Below are positions 8,118 through 17,826 of a stretch of DNA of 32,000 bases, in pieces. Every line of letters begins with the position of its first letter. Position 1 is the first letter of the stretch. The DNA is taken from positions 117,278 through 149,277 of the forward strand of contig CAZNZM010000001.1 in the NCBI GenBank assembly GCA_964577555.1, in the 5' to 3' direction. The stretch comes from an uncultured archaeon (GTDB taxonomy: Archaea > Iainarchaeota > Iainarchaeia > Iainarchaeales > Iainarchaeaceae). The position numbers and the translations under genes are program-made. The notes below the pieces were generated by a model. It did no database searches and was not told the DNA's origin. It was given only the letters and a program-made list of their open reading frames with translations.

Positions 8118-10769
8118 TCAATTTTTTTTCTTTTTTTCCGTTTTTTCTTTTATAGATGCTTGCGCTGCAGACAACCTTGCAATTGGAACCCTATAAGGCG
8201 AACATGAAACATTATCAAGACCTATCAAGTGGCAAAATTCAATAGAGTTAGGGTCCCCGCCGTGTTCGCCGCAAATCCCTATATTTATTTTTTTATTAAC
8301 CGCTTTTGCGTTGTCAACACACATTTTCATTAGCACTCCTACTCCTTGGCGGTCAATTGAAACAAACGGATCTGTTTCAAAAATTCCTTTTTCCAAATAA
8401 TGCTTGATGAATTTGCCTGCATCATCCCTTGAAAACCCTAAGGTTGTTTGTGTAAGATCGTTTGTGCCAAATGAAAAAAACTCGGCTTCTTTAGCCAGCT
8501 CTGCAGAAACAATGCAGGCTCTCGGAACTTCAATCATTGTGCCTATTTTGTACTTTATTTTCCCTTCTACTCCGAGTTTTTTTGCTGTTTGTTTTATTAT
8601 TTCCTTTTGGTCCCTGAATTCATTTATATTACCCACTAATGGTATTTCTATTTCTGGTATTGCAATTACTCCTTCTTTGGCGACGTTAAGGGCTGCTTCA
8701 AATATTGCTGTGGCCTGCATTTCCGTGATTTCAGGATATGTTATGCCGAGTCTGCAGCCCCTATGACCAAGCATTGGATTGAATTCATGAAGCGATGAAG
8801 ATATTTCTTTTACTTTCTCAACAGTTATGCCCATTTCTTTTGCAAGTACCTTCATTTCGTCTTCCTCTTTCGGCAAAAACTCGTGCAAAGGGGGGTCAAG
8901 CAATCTTATTATAACAGGGAGGCCATCCATGGCTTTGAAAATTCCTTCAAAATCCTGTCTTTGAAATGGCAACAATTTAGAAAGAGCTTTTTTTCTTTCC
9001 GATTCCGTCGTAGCGAGTATCATTTCTCTTACAGACTTTATTCTTTCGCCTTCAAAAAACATGTGTTCTGTCCTGCAAAGACCTATTCCTTGGGCTCCAT
9101 AGTTTCTTGCGACAAGAGCATCTTTAGGGGTGTCAGCATTGGTTCTTATTTCAAGCTTCCTGAAAGAATCCGCCCACTCCATTAATTCTCCAAAAGAACC
9201 AGAAAGGCCTGGTTCAACCAATGGCAATTCTCCTTTGAAAACTTCTCCGGTTGCGCCATCAATAGAAATATAATCACCTTCCCTGAATTCCAAATTCTTT
9301 TTCGGAACCGCAAATTTTCTTTCTGACTCGTGAACCCTTATATCTTCACAACCCGCTACACAAGATTTGCCCATTCCCCTGGCAACAACAGCCGCATGGG
9401 AAGTCTTGCCGCCTCTTGCAGTGAGAAAACCTTGTGAAACATGCATGCCTTCTATATCTTCCGGACTGGTTTCGGTTCTGACTAAAATTACTTTTTCGCC
9501 ATAACCAGCTAATTCTGTTGCGCGTTCTGCGGTGAAAACAACTTTCCCAACAGCAGCACCGGGCGAAGCCGCTATTCCTTTTGCAATAGGCTCAGAGTTC
9601 TTTTTCGCGTCAGGATCAAGTTGTTTATGCAAAAGCTGGTCAAGTTGTTCTGGTTTTACACGTAAAATAGCTTCTTCTTTTGTTATCAGTTTTTCTTTAA
9701 CCATGTCAACAGCAATCTTTACTGCTGCATGCGCAGTTCTTTTACCGGTTCTTGTTTGAAGCAAGTAAAGTTTTCCGTTTTCAAAAGTGAATTCAAAATC
9801 CTGCATTTCACGGTAATGCTTTTCAAGTTTGTCATAAATCTTCAGCAATTCAGCATACATTTTTGGATGGGTTTTTTTCATTTCGTCAATTGGCATAGGC
9901 GTTCTTATGCCTGCAACAACGTCTTCGCCTTGCGCATTTACCAAAAACTCGCCATAATGCACTTTTTCCCCTGTTGATGGATCCCTCGTGAAAGCAACTC
10001 CTGTGCCAGAATTTTCCCCCATATTGCCAAAAACCATTGCTTGGACATTGACTGCTGTTCCGGCATCGTTTCTCAAATTATGTATCCTGCGATAGCTTAC
10101 TGCCCTGTTTGACATCCACGAACCAAAAACAGCATTAATTCCCATTTCCAACTGCTTCATAGGTTCCGATGGAAAACCGATTTTCTTTTCTTTCAAAACT
10201 ATTTCCTTATAAGTAGCCACCAACTCCTTAAGGTCTTCAGTAGACAAATCAGTATCAAACTTAACTCCTTTTCTTTCTTTTAATTCGTGAAGCGCCTTTT
10301 CAAATTTAGCGTGCTCTATGCCCATTACAACATCGCCAAACATTTGTATAAACCGCCTGTAAGAATCCCAAGCAGCTCTTTCGTTTTTTGTTTGCTTTGC
10401 AAAAGCAATTACTGTTTCGTCGTTCATCCCGAGATTTAACACAGTATCCATCATGCCGGGCATTGAAACATAAGAACCGGAACGCACCGAAACAAACAAA
10501 GGCTTTTTTTTATCCCCGAATTTTTTCCCGGTTTTCTTTTCCAATCTTTTCATCGCCTTGGCTATTTCTTCAGCAAGCCCTTTTGGCCATTTTTTATTGT
10601 GTTTATAAAATTCCTTGCAAGCTTCAGTGGTTATGGTAAATCCGTAGGGCACTTTAAGTCCCGCATTAGTCATTTCAGCAAGCTGTGCCCCCTTGTTTCC
10701 CAAAAGAAATTGCGATTCTTCAGTATTAGGATTTTTTGATTCGTCAAACATGTACACGTACTTTGCCAT
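8118..10769 (-). CDS. ppdK: Pyruvate, phosphate dikinase
   Basis: GNKGAQLAEMTNAGLKVPYGFTITTEAC; swivelling-domain histidine motif GGKTSHAAVVARGMGKSCVAGC; FSFGTNDLTQTTLGFSRDD; INIGICGEHGGDP. ATG at 10769 has SD-like gaggtgg upstream. Confidence 0.97.
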   Translation of the reverse strand: MAKYVYMFDESKNPNTEESQFLLGNKGAQLAEMTNAGLKVPYGFTITTEACKEFYKHNKKWPKGLAEEIAKAMKRLEKKTGKKFGDKKKPLFVSVRSGSYVSMPGMMDTVLNLGMNDETVIAFAKQTKNERAAWDSYRRFIQMFGDVVMGIEHAKFEKALHELKERKGVKFDTDLSTEDLKELVATYKEIVLKEKKIGFPSEPMKQLEMGINAVFGSWMSNRAVSYRRIHNLRNDAGTAVNVQAMVFGNMGENSGTGVAFTRDPSTGEKVHYGEFLVNAQGEDVVAGIRTPMPIDEMKKTHPKMYAELLKIYDKLEKHYREMQDFEFTFENGKLYLLQTRTGKRTAHAAVKIAVDMVKEKLITKEEAILRVKPEQLDQLLHKQLDPDAKKNSEPIAKGIAASPGAAVGKVVFTAERATELAGYGEKVILVRTETSPEDIEGMHVSQGFLTARGGKTSHAAVVARGMGKSCVAGCEDIRVHESERKFAVPKKNLEFREGDYISIDGATGEVFKGELPLVEPGLSGSFGELMEWADSFRKLEIRTNADTPKDALVARNYGAQGIGLCRTEHMFFEGERIKSVREMILATTESERKKALSKLLPFQRQDFEGIFKAMDGLPVIIRLLDPPLHEFLPKEEDEMKVLAKEMGITVEKVKEISSSLHEFNPMLGHRGCRLGITYPEITEMQATAIFEAALNVAKEGVIAIPEIEIPLVGNINEFRDQKEIIKQTAKKLGVEGKIKYKIGTMIEVPRACIVSAELAKEAEFFSFGTNDLTQTTLGFSRDDAGKFIKHYLEKGIFETDPFVSIDRQGVGVLMKMCVDNAKAVNKKINIGICGEHGGDPNSIEFCHLIGLDNVSCSPYRVPIARLSAAQASIKEKTEKKKKN

Positions 10770-10849
10770 CAAGCCACCTCTATGAAAACATATTATTTAC
10801 AACACTAAAAAAGAATTTAAAAGGAAAGCAAGCCAAAAAAAATGGCGAT

Positions 10850-11581
10850 TTACAAATTGGTTTGCCTGGACGTAACAATTTTTGTTGATATTCCTACAAT
10901 TAAGAGTTTATCATTGTCTCTTTTAATAGTAAATTTTGTAAAAAAGTAAGGGTTTTGTTCAGGGTAAGGCAAACTGAAAACAAGTATTTGAGATTTTATT
11001 TTTTCAAAATAAGGCAATAATTCTTTTGCCAAATCTTGCGGCAATTTAGGATTTGAGGAAAGACTATATGTTAAGTCTCTAAATTTACTAAATAAACTGG
11101 AAGGCAAGTTAATAATCTTTGAAGGATCTTTTACATGAGGATTTCCAGAACTCCAAATAACTATTTCATAATCTTGTATTACATAGTTGTCAGGACCTTG
11201 CCCCGTCTTTTTAACATATATTATTATTTTGGCATTTCCACCGTTAAATTTTCTGTCAGAGTATATTTTCGCAACCGTACCAACAGGATGCTTACGAAGA
11301 TTCTCATACACAAATTTTTCAAATTCTGGGGAGCGAAAATACTCTGCAAATAAGGCAGAATTTCTAACGAGCTTGTTAGGATGTTTACTGCCTTTGACAG
11401 CAAATTTTTCAAGATAATTGATTTTTTCACTAGGCGGATGAAATTTTGCAAAAACTGTTTTACCAGGCCATTTTAAAGATAGAACTTTTTGTGGGTTTTT
11501 TTTGACTTTTGGCTCATTTCGTGGCCTAAAAAGTCTAGGAATAATTGAAGGCTTAATTGGTTTTCTGGCTTTGGGCAACAT
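10850..11581 (-). CDS. Hypothetical basic protein
   Basis: 243-aa uninterrupted ORF with normal composition, divergent to nadK; no family recognised. Confidence 0.5.
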   Translation of the reverse strand: MLPKARKPIKPSIIPRLFRPRNEPKVKKNPQKVLSLKWPGKTVFAKFHPPSEKINYLEKFAVKGSKHPNKLVRNSALFAEYFRSPEFEKFVYENLRKHPVGTVAKIYSDRKFNGGNAKIIIYVKKTGQGPDNYVIQDYEIVIWSSGNPHVKDPSKIINLPSSLFSKFRDLTYSLSSNPKLPQDLAKELLPYFEKIKSQILVFSLPYPEQNPYFFTKFTIKRDNDKLLIVGISTKIVTSRQTNL

Positions 11582-11619
11582 TCAGATTATAAAATTCCGC
11601 CAAAAATAAAAATAAATAG

Positions 11620-11878
11620 CATTTTGTCTTTTCTTGGCTAGCCATTTTTTGAGATGATTGGCAGACTGTTTTTCAAGCCAAATTTTGTTTTAGCTAACCG
11701 TTTTTTTGAGGGTTTTTTAGGAAATTTGTTTTATTTTTTAGTTTTTTGGGTTTATTTTTGCAAGCCAATTTAGGCAATTTTATTTTTTAAATTCAAATTG
11801 TTTTTTGCTATGGTTTCTTGATTTTTTTAATTTACAACAAACGATAAACCTATTTAATTATAAGCAAATGAATTTTAT
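11620..11878. repeat. Low-complexity poly-T island C (reverse orientation of islands A/B/D)
   Basis: Runs of T with words ttggctagcca, tttgcaagccaa (reverse complement ttggcttgcaaa, found in islands B and D). Confidence 0.65.
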
Positions 11879-11881
11879 TTG

Positions 11882-12640
11882 ATGAAGATTTTTATAACTG
11901 GACGAAGGCAAAACTCAATAGCTTACGAAACCGGTTTAAGGGCAATCAATTTTATCAAATCAAAAAACCTAGACTTTGAAATTGACAAAAAATTTATCAA
12001 CATAAAGGGAAAGTCAAAGAATAATTTTGGAAATTCTGCTGACATAGTTGTTTGTTTTGGCGGGGATGGAACGCTTCTTTCGACTTTCCACTCTTTGAAA
12101 AAAGAAATTCCAGTAATTGGAATAAATTGCGGAAGCAAGGGTTTTCTGCAAGCCTATCAAAAAGACGAAATTGAAAAGGCAATTGAAGATATTATTTCAA
12201 AAAATATAAAATTTGAAAAAAGAACAAGAATATTAGCAAAAATAGACGGCAAAATAGTTGGAGAAGCTTTGAATGAAGTATTAATTGTTCCTGAAAAATC
12301 CGGAAGGCTTTTGCATTACACTATTGAAATTGGAAAATATTTGTCAAACGAGGCTGGCGACGGACTTATAATAGCAACTCCCACAGGTTCCACTGCACAT
12401 GCTCTTTCTGCCGGCGGGCCTATAGTAAAAGGCAACGCATCGGTTTTTGTAGTGGTTCCAATAAACCCTGTTGATTGGAAGCACAGACCTCTTGTAATAA
12501 ATGACCATGAAAAAATTGTTATTGCTGGGTTTGAAAAAATGAAAGCAGAAGCGGTAATTGATGGACAAAAATGGTTCAAAATAAAAAACAAAATAGAGCT
12601 TGAAAAAGGGAAACATGTTTTGTTAGGAACAAAGAACTGA
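11882..12640 (+). CDS. nadK: NAD kinase
   Basis: VVCFGGDGTLLSTFHSLKKEIPVIGINCGSKGFL, GLIIATPTGSTAHALSAGGPI. ATG at 11882 preferred over TTG at 11879. Confidence 0.95.
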   Translation: MKIFITGRRQNSIAYETGLRAINFIKSKNLDFEIDKKFINIKGKSKNNFGNSADIVVCFGGDGTLLSTFHSLKKEIPVIGINCGSKGFLQAYQKDEIEKAIEDIISKNIKFEKRTRILAKIDGKIVGEALNEVLIVPEKSGRLLHYTIEIGKYLSNEAGDGLIIATPTGSTAHALSAGGPIVKGNASVFVVVPINPVDWKHRPLVINDHEKIVIAGFEKMKAEAVIDGQKWFKIKNKIELEKGKHVLLGTKN

Positions 12641-12706
12641 TTTACGACAATTGTCAATTTTTAGCTTGACAAAAGACGAAAGATTTTTATATTGGCACGC
12701 CACACA

Positions 12707-12922
12707 ATGGTTTTAATGATTGATGAAAAGACTAAAGAATTGCTCAAAACGGGAAAAGCAAAAATGGAAGCCAGATTGAAAATAGTAAAAGAATATTTTA
12801 CTGGCAAAAGCATCAAAAGCAAATCAAAGTCCTCGGATTTGTTGAAAGCTGGTTTTGCAAAGAAAAAAACAAGAACAAAAGTGGTTGAAGAATACTTGAA
12901 AAAATTAAATCAACCATTTTAA
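12707..12922 (+). CDS. Small basic hypothetical protein
   Basis: Track ORF begins at a TTG (12692); ATG at 12707 follows tttttatat TATA-like element at about 12684-12692. Confidence 0.5.
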   Translation: MVLMIDEKTKELLKTGKAKMEARLKIVKEYFTGKSIKSKSKSSDLLKAGFAKKKTRTKVVEEYLKKLNQPF

Positions 12923-12949
12923 GTTTTAGAACAGGATTGGTGTTCCAAA

Positions 12950-14260
12950 GTGAAAAACTCAAAAATAGAAAAATTTTATGAAAAAAACCTACAAGAAAGA
13001 CTTGAAATTGTAAAAAATTTTGGGGAACTGTCAAACGAGGAAATGCAAATTCTTGAAAAATTCGGGGCATTGGATTTTGAAACAGCAAACCGAATGATTG
13101 AAAATGTATATTCCACATTCCCAATGCCACTTGGAATTGCAACAAACTTTGAAATAAACGGAAAATCATATTTAATACCTTTTGCGTTGGAAGAACCAAG
13201 CGTTGTTGCGGCGGCAAGCAACGCGGCAAAACTAAGTTCAGGCTTCACTGCCAAGGCAACAGAGCCGATAATGATAGGGCAAATACAAATAGTAAATGTA
13301 AAAAACACGAAAGAGACAATAAAAAAAATTCTTGAAAAAGAAAAAGAACTGCTTGAAAAAGCCAATGCAATAGATTCAACTCTTGTAAAATTCGGCGGCG
13401 GCGCAAAAAAAATAGAAGCAAGGGAAATAGAGACACAAAGAGGAAAAATGATTATAATGCATTTGCTTGTTGATGTCAGGGATGCAATGGGAGCCAATGC
13501 CGTCAATACAATGTGTGAAAGAATCTCCCCAGAAGTTGAAAAAATTACAGGCGGAGAAGCCAGGCTTAGAATAATCAGCAACCTTGCAATACACAGAATT
13601 GTCGAAGCTAAAGCTATTTGGACTAAAGAAAGTCTTGGCAACGACTTTGCAAAAAAAAATGGAATAAAAAACCCGAACCAAAAAGATATTGAAAAATTAG
13701 GGTTTGAAACAATTGAAAAAATACTTGACGCATATGAATTTGCAGCTAATGATGAATTCAGGGCTTGTACCCATAACAAAGGAATAATGAATGGTGTTGA
13801 TGCTGTCGTAATTGCGACAGGAAACGACTTCAGGGCTGTTGAAGCAGGAGCTCACGCATATGCAAGTAGAAGCGGGAAATATAAGCCTTTGACAAAATAC
13901 TATAAAAACAAAGACGGAAATCTTGTAGGTGAAATAGAATTGCCAATGGCTGTTGGTTTGGTTGGCGGAGCAACAAAAACACACCCGATAGCAAAAATCA
14001 ATGTAAAATTGTTAGGAGTGAAAACCGCTTCAGAACTAGCTGAAATAATCGCTTCTGTAGGGCTTGCCCAAAACTTTGCCGCTTTGAAAGCCCTTGCAAC
14101 AGAAGGAATTCAAAAAGGACACATGAAATTGCATGCAAAAAACATAGCCATAATCGCCGGGGCTGATAAAAAGCAAATTGACGAAGTTGCAGCAACCATG
14201 ATAAAAGAAGGAAATATAAGTGTTGCAAGAGCAAAAGAAATAATAGGAGTGAAAAAATGA
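12950..14260 (+). CDS. Hydroxymethylglutaryl-CoA reductase, class II type
   Basis: IENVYSTFPMPLGIATNFEINGKSYLIPFALEEPSVVAAASNAAKL; VDVRDAMGANAVNTMCE; GTG start. Confidence 0.95.
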   Translation: MKNSKIEKFYEKNLQERLEIVKNFGELSNEEMQILEKFGALDFETANRMIENVYSTFPMPLGIATNFEINGKSYLIPFALEEPSVVAAASNAAKLSSGFTAKATEPIMIGQIQIVNVKNTKETIKKILEKEKELLEKANAIDSTLVKFGGGAKKIEAREIETQRGKMIIMHLLVDVRDAMGANAVNTMCERISPEVEKITGGEARLRIISNLAIHRIVEAKAIWTKESLGNDFAKKNGIKNPNQKDIEKLGFETIEKILDAYEFAANDEFRACTHNKGIMNGVDAVVIATGNDFRAVEAGAHAYASRSGKYKPLTKYYKNKDGNLVGEIELPMAVGLVGGATKTHPIAKINVKLLGVKTASELAEIIASVGLAQNFAALKALATEGIQKGHMKLHAKNIAIIAGADKKQIDEVAATMIKEGNISVARAKEIIGVKK

Positions 14261-15306
14261 TGCCTGGAATTGTTGGTTATGGTTTTTATTGCCCGAAAAA
14301 AAGAATCACCGCAGAAGAAATTGCAAGGGTTTGGAACAAAGATGGTAAAAAAATTTCTGCAGGACTTGGCATAAAAGAAAAAGCAGTGGCGGCATGGGAT
14401 GAAGATACTTCAACAATTTCGGTTGAAGCGGCAAGGCTTGCGCTTGAAGTGGCAAATATTAACCCCAAAGAAATTGACGCTATTTACGTTGGCTCAGAAT
14501 CACACCCATACGCAGTAAAACCGACAGCATCAATAGTAGGCGAAGCCCTGAATGTAGGACAAGATTATATGTGTGCAGACTTGGAATTTGCATGCAAAGC
14601 CGGAACAGCAGGATTGCAAATAGTATATGGGTTTGCAAAAGCGGGTTTGATAAGATACGGCTTGGCAATCGGGGCGGACACCGCACAAGGAAGGCCCGGA
14701 GATGCTTTGGAATTCACCGCAGGCTCTGGAGGAGCTGCTTTTATTGTTGGGACAAAACCAACCGAAATAATTGCTGAAATAAACGATACCTACTCATTTA
14801 CAACAGACACGCCGGATTTTTGGAGACGACAACACGCTGAATTCCCAAGGCATGCTGGAAGATTCACCGGAGAACCGGCATATTTCAAGCATGTAATTAA
14901 TGCAGCAAAAAAAATGATGGAAAAAGCAAGAATGGGTCCAAAAGACTTTACACACGTTGTTTTTCACCAACCAAACGGCAAATTTCCAGTAAGGGCGGCA
15001 AAAATACTTGGATTCAATGAAGAGCAAATAAAACAAGGATTAATCACTCCCTATATAGGAAACACGTATTCTGGTTCATCAATGATTGGACTGGCTTCGG
15101 TGCTTGACGTCGCAAAACCTGATGACAAAATATTAGTGACAAGCTACGGATCTGGCTCTGGAAGCGACGCATTCATAATGACAATAACAAAAAACATAGA
15201 GAAAAAAAGGGCAAAAGTACCGGTGCTAAAAGCAATTGAAGAAAAAGAATACATAGACTATGCACAATACATAATACATAGAAAAAAAATCAAGGGGATG
15301 GAATAA
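14257..15306 (+). CDS. Hydroxymethylglutaryl-CoA synthase, archaeal type
   Basis: MPGIVGYGFYCPKKRI; GSESHPYAVKPTASIVGEAL; DLEFACKAGTAGLQ; VVFHQPNGKFP; 4-nt ATGA overlap with HMGR gene. Confidence 0.96.
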   Translation: MMPGIVGYGFYCPKKRITAEEIARVWNKDGKKISAGLGIKEKAVAAWDEDTSTISVEAARLALEVANINPKEIDAIYVGSESHPYAVKPTASIVGEALNVGQDYMCADLEFACKAGTAGLQIVYGFAKAGLIRYGLAIGADTAQGRPGDALEFTAGSGGAAFIVGTKPTEIIAEINDTYSFTTDTPDFWRRQHAEFPRHAGRFTGEPAYFKHVINAAKKMMEKARMGPKDFTHVVFHQPNGKFPVRAAKILGFNEEQIKQGLITPYIGNTYSGSSMIGLASVLDVAKPDDKILVTSYGSGSGSDAFIMTITKNIEKKRAKVPVLKAIEEKEYIDYAQYIIHRKKIKGME

Positions 15307-16470
15307 ATGAGAAGCGTTTCAATTGTAGGGGTTGGATTGACAGAATTCGGCGAACACTGGGAAAAAAATTTTAAGGAGTTAGTAGCCGAAGCAGGAATAA
15401 AAGCAATTGAAGATTCAGGACTTCACAGAAAGGACATACAAGCTGTTTACGGGGGATGCATGGCTTCAGGCAGATTCATCGGACAAGAACACATTGGAGC
15501 ACTTATAGCAGACCAACTCGGACTAAATCCGATAGCTTCAACAAGAGTTGAAGCGGCATGCGCTTCCGGTGGAGTAGCATTGAGAAACGGATATTTGGCT
15601 GTTGCATCAGGAATTTACGATGTAATAGCGGTTGGCGGAGTAGAAAAAATGACAGAAGTAAGCACTGAAGATGCTGGATTTGCACTTGGAGGCGCTGGAG
15701 ACCAAGAAACTGAACTATTCATGGGAGCAAGCTTTCCAGCACTATACGCTCTAATGGCAAGAGCACACATGCACAAATTCGGAACTACAGAAGAACAACT
15801 TGCTGCAGTTGCGGTAAAGAACCACAAAAATGCAGAAAACAACCCATATGCACAATTCAGAAAAGCGATAACAATTGAAGAAGTCATGAATTCAGGCTAT
15901 GTCGCATCGCCATTGAAATTGCTTGATTGCTCGCCAATAACAGACGGAGCGGCAGCAGTAATAATGTGCTCCACAGAATACGCAAAAAAAATGAAGTTGG
16001 ACAAAGCAGTGGAAATAATTGCATCAACACAAACATCAGATACACTTGCTTTAGCCTCAAGAAAAAACTTATACGAAATACCTGCAGCAAAACTGGCGGC
16101 AGAACAAGCTTACAAACAAGCAGGAATAACAGCAAAAGACATTGACTTTGCTGAAGTACATGATTGCTTTACAATAGCTGAAATAATGGCTATAGAAGCA
16201 CTTGGTTTTTGCAAATTGGGAGAAGGAGGAAAATTCACAGAACAAGGTAACACACAAATTGACGGACAAATCCCGATAAACACTTCAGGGGGGTTAAAAG
16301 GAAAGGGACATCCGGTAGGTGCAACCGGAGTTGCACAAGCAATAGAAGCATACTTGCAATTAAACAACATGGCTGGAAAAAGACAAGTAAAAGGAGTAGA
16401 AATAGGACTTACACATAACGTTGGCGGTTCCGGAGCCACTGCAACAATCCACATATTCAGGAAGGCATAA
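15307..16470 (+). CDS. Acetyl-CoA acetyltransferase (archaeal thiolase)
   Basis: VEAACASGGVALRNGYLAVASG; HDCFTIAEIMAIEALGFC; NTSGGLKGKGHPVGATGVAQ; GLTHNVGGSG. Confidence 0.96.
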   Translation: MRSVSIVGVGLTEFGEHWEKNFKELVAEAGIKAIEDSGLHRKDIQAVYGGCMASGRFIGQEHIGALIADQLGLNPIASTRVEAACASGGVALRNGYLAVASGIYDVIAVGGVEKMTEVSTEDAGFALGGAGDQETELFMGASFPALYALMARAHMHKFGTTEEQLAAVAVKNHKNAENNPYAQFRKAITIEEVMNSGYVASPLKLLDCSPITDGAAAVIMCSTEYAKKMKLDKAVEIIASTQTSDTLALASRKNLYEIPAAKLAAEQAYKQAGITAKDIDFAEVHDCFTIAEIMAIEALGFCKLGEGGKFTEQGNTQIDGQIPINTSGGLKGKGHPVGATGVAQAIEAYLQLNNMAGKRQVKGVEIGLTHNVGGSGATATIHIFRKA

Positions 16471-16472
16471 AC

Positions 16473-16886
16473 ATGGTTCAAGGAGCATTACCATTGCATT
16501 GGAGAAAATACCCTGAAAGATACAGATTAGAAGGCAATATCAACGTTGAAACAGGACAAGAATTCTTCCCAGCAAGAGTAATAGATCCACTAACAGGCAG
16601 AAAAAGCAAGTTAGAACCAAAAGAAATGCCAAGATATGGAAAAATAATTTCATGGACAAGAGTATTCGTGGGCCCAGCAGGCTTTGAAAACGAAACACCA
16701 TACTATTTGGCAATAGTTGAACTTGAAAACGGAATAAGAATACTAACACAAATAGTTGATTCAGAACCACAAAAAGTTAAAATAGGAGCAAAAGTAAAAA
16801 AAGTATTCAGAAAAATATCTGACACAGAAACCGAAGGCGCAATAGCATACGGATATAAATTTAAAGTCATAGAACAAAAAAATTAA
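16473..16886 (+). CDS. DUF35 / OB-fold thiolase-partner protein with degenerate zinc ribbon
   Basis: WRKYPERYRLEGNINVETGQEFFPARVIDPLTGRKS matches the DUF35 scaffold WR..RYRL.G.KC..CG...FPPR..CP.C but with all four Cys replaced; position after thiolase. Confidence 0.85.
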   Translation: MVQGALPLHWRKYPERYRLEGNINVETGQEFFPARVIDPLTGRKSKLEPKEMPRYGKIISWTRVFVGPAGFENETPYYLAIVELENGIRILTQIVDSEPQKVKIGAKVKKVFRKISDTETEGAIAYGYKFKVIEQKN

Positions 16887-16890
16887 GATA

Positions 16891-17826
16891 ATGAAATCAA
16901 TCGGCATAGGCTATGGCAAAGCAATAATTTTTGGAGAACATTTTGTAGTATATGGGTTGCCTGGAATTGCATCTTCAATAAACCTAATTACAAAATGCAC
17001 TTTCGAAAAAAACGACAACGGAATAATTTCAAATGACCTTGTAACAGGAGAAACAGTGATTTATGGACAAGCAACATACAAAAACCTTGACAAAGTAATA
17101 GGAACAATACTAAAAGAAACAGGAATAAAAGAAAGAAATTTCAGGCTTGATTTGGAAACAAACATGAGCCTTAAAGGGGGAATGGGGAGTTCGGCAGCAT
17201 TATGCGTATCAATTGCAAAATGCCTTAACAAACAATTTTCCCTCAAACTAAATAAAGAAGACATAAACAAAATTTCTTTTGAAGCAGAAAAAGTATTCCA
17301 TAAAACGCCAAGCGGCATAGACAACACGGTTTCATGCTATGGCGGAACCATCTGGTTTGTAAAAGCAAAAACACAAAACATAATTGAAAGGTTGAAGTGC
17401 AAACCCGTTGAAATTGTAATGGCTGACACAGGAAAATCACACAACACCGCTGAAATAGTAGAAATGGTTAGAAAACAAAAAGAAAAAGAACCTGAAAAAT
17501 ACAAAAAAATATTCGAAGAATATGAGAGGCTCGTTTATAAAGGAAGAAAAGCTCTTGAAGAAGAAAACTGGCAAACAGTGGGAAAACTTATGAATAAAAA
17601 CCATGAATTGCTAAAACAAATAAACGTAAGCTGTGAAGAAAACGATTTAATAAAAGAAATATCAATAAAAGCCGGGGCTTTGGGGGCAAAATTGACCGGT
17701 GCAGGCCTAGGAGGAAACAATATTGCATTGACTCCTGGAAAAGCATTACAAGAAAAAGTGGCAAAAGCAATAGAAAAAAAAGGATTCAAAACATATAAAT
17801 TAAAAATCGGGGTGAAGCCGAAATGA
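16891..17826 (+). CDS. mvk: Mevalonate kinase (GHMP family)
   Basis: GKAIIFGEHFVVYGLPGIASSI; GGMGSSAALCVSIAK; TPSGIDNTVSCYGG; GAKLTGAGLGG. Confidence 0.95.
   Translation: MKSIGIGYGKAIIFGEHFVVYGLPGIASSINLITKCTFEKNDNGIISNDLVTGETVIYGQATYKNLDKVIGTILKETGIKERNFRLDLETNMSLKGGMGSSAALCVSIAKCLNKQFSLKLNKEDINKISFEAEKVFHKTPSGIDNTVSCYGGTIWFVKAKTQNIIERLKCKPVEIVMADTGKSHNTAEIVEMVRKQKEKEPEKYKKIFEEYERLVYKGRKALEEENWQTVGKLMNKNHELLKQINVSCEENDLIKEISIKAGALGAKLTGAGLGGNNIALTPGKALQEKVAKAIEKKGFKTYKLKIGVKPK

Noticed and set aside
12976-14234. Antisense ORFs opposite HMGR and other operon genes (12976-13779, 13376-13681, 16110-16481, etc.)
   Set aside because: Long antisense frames are expected opposite AT-rich genes; the sense strand encodes clear conserved enzymes.
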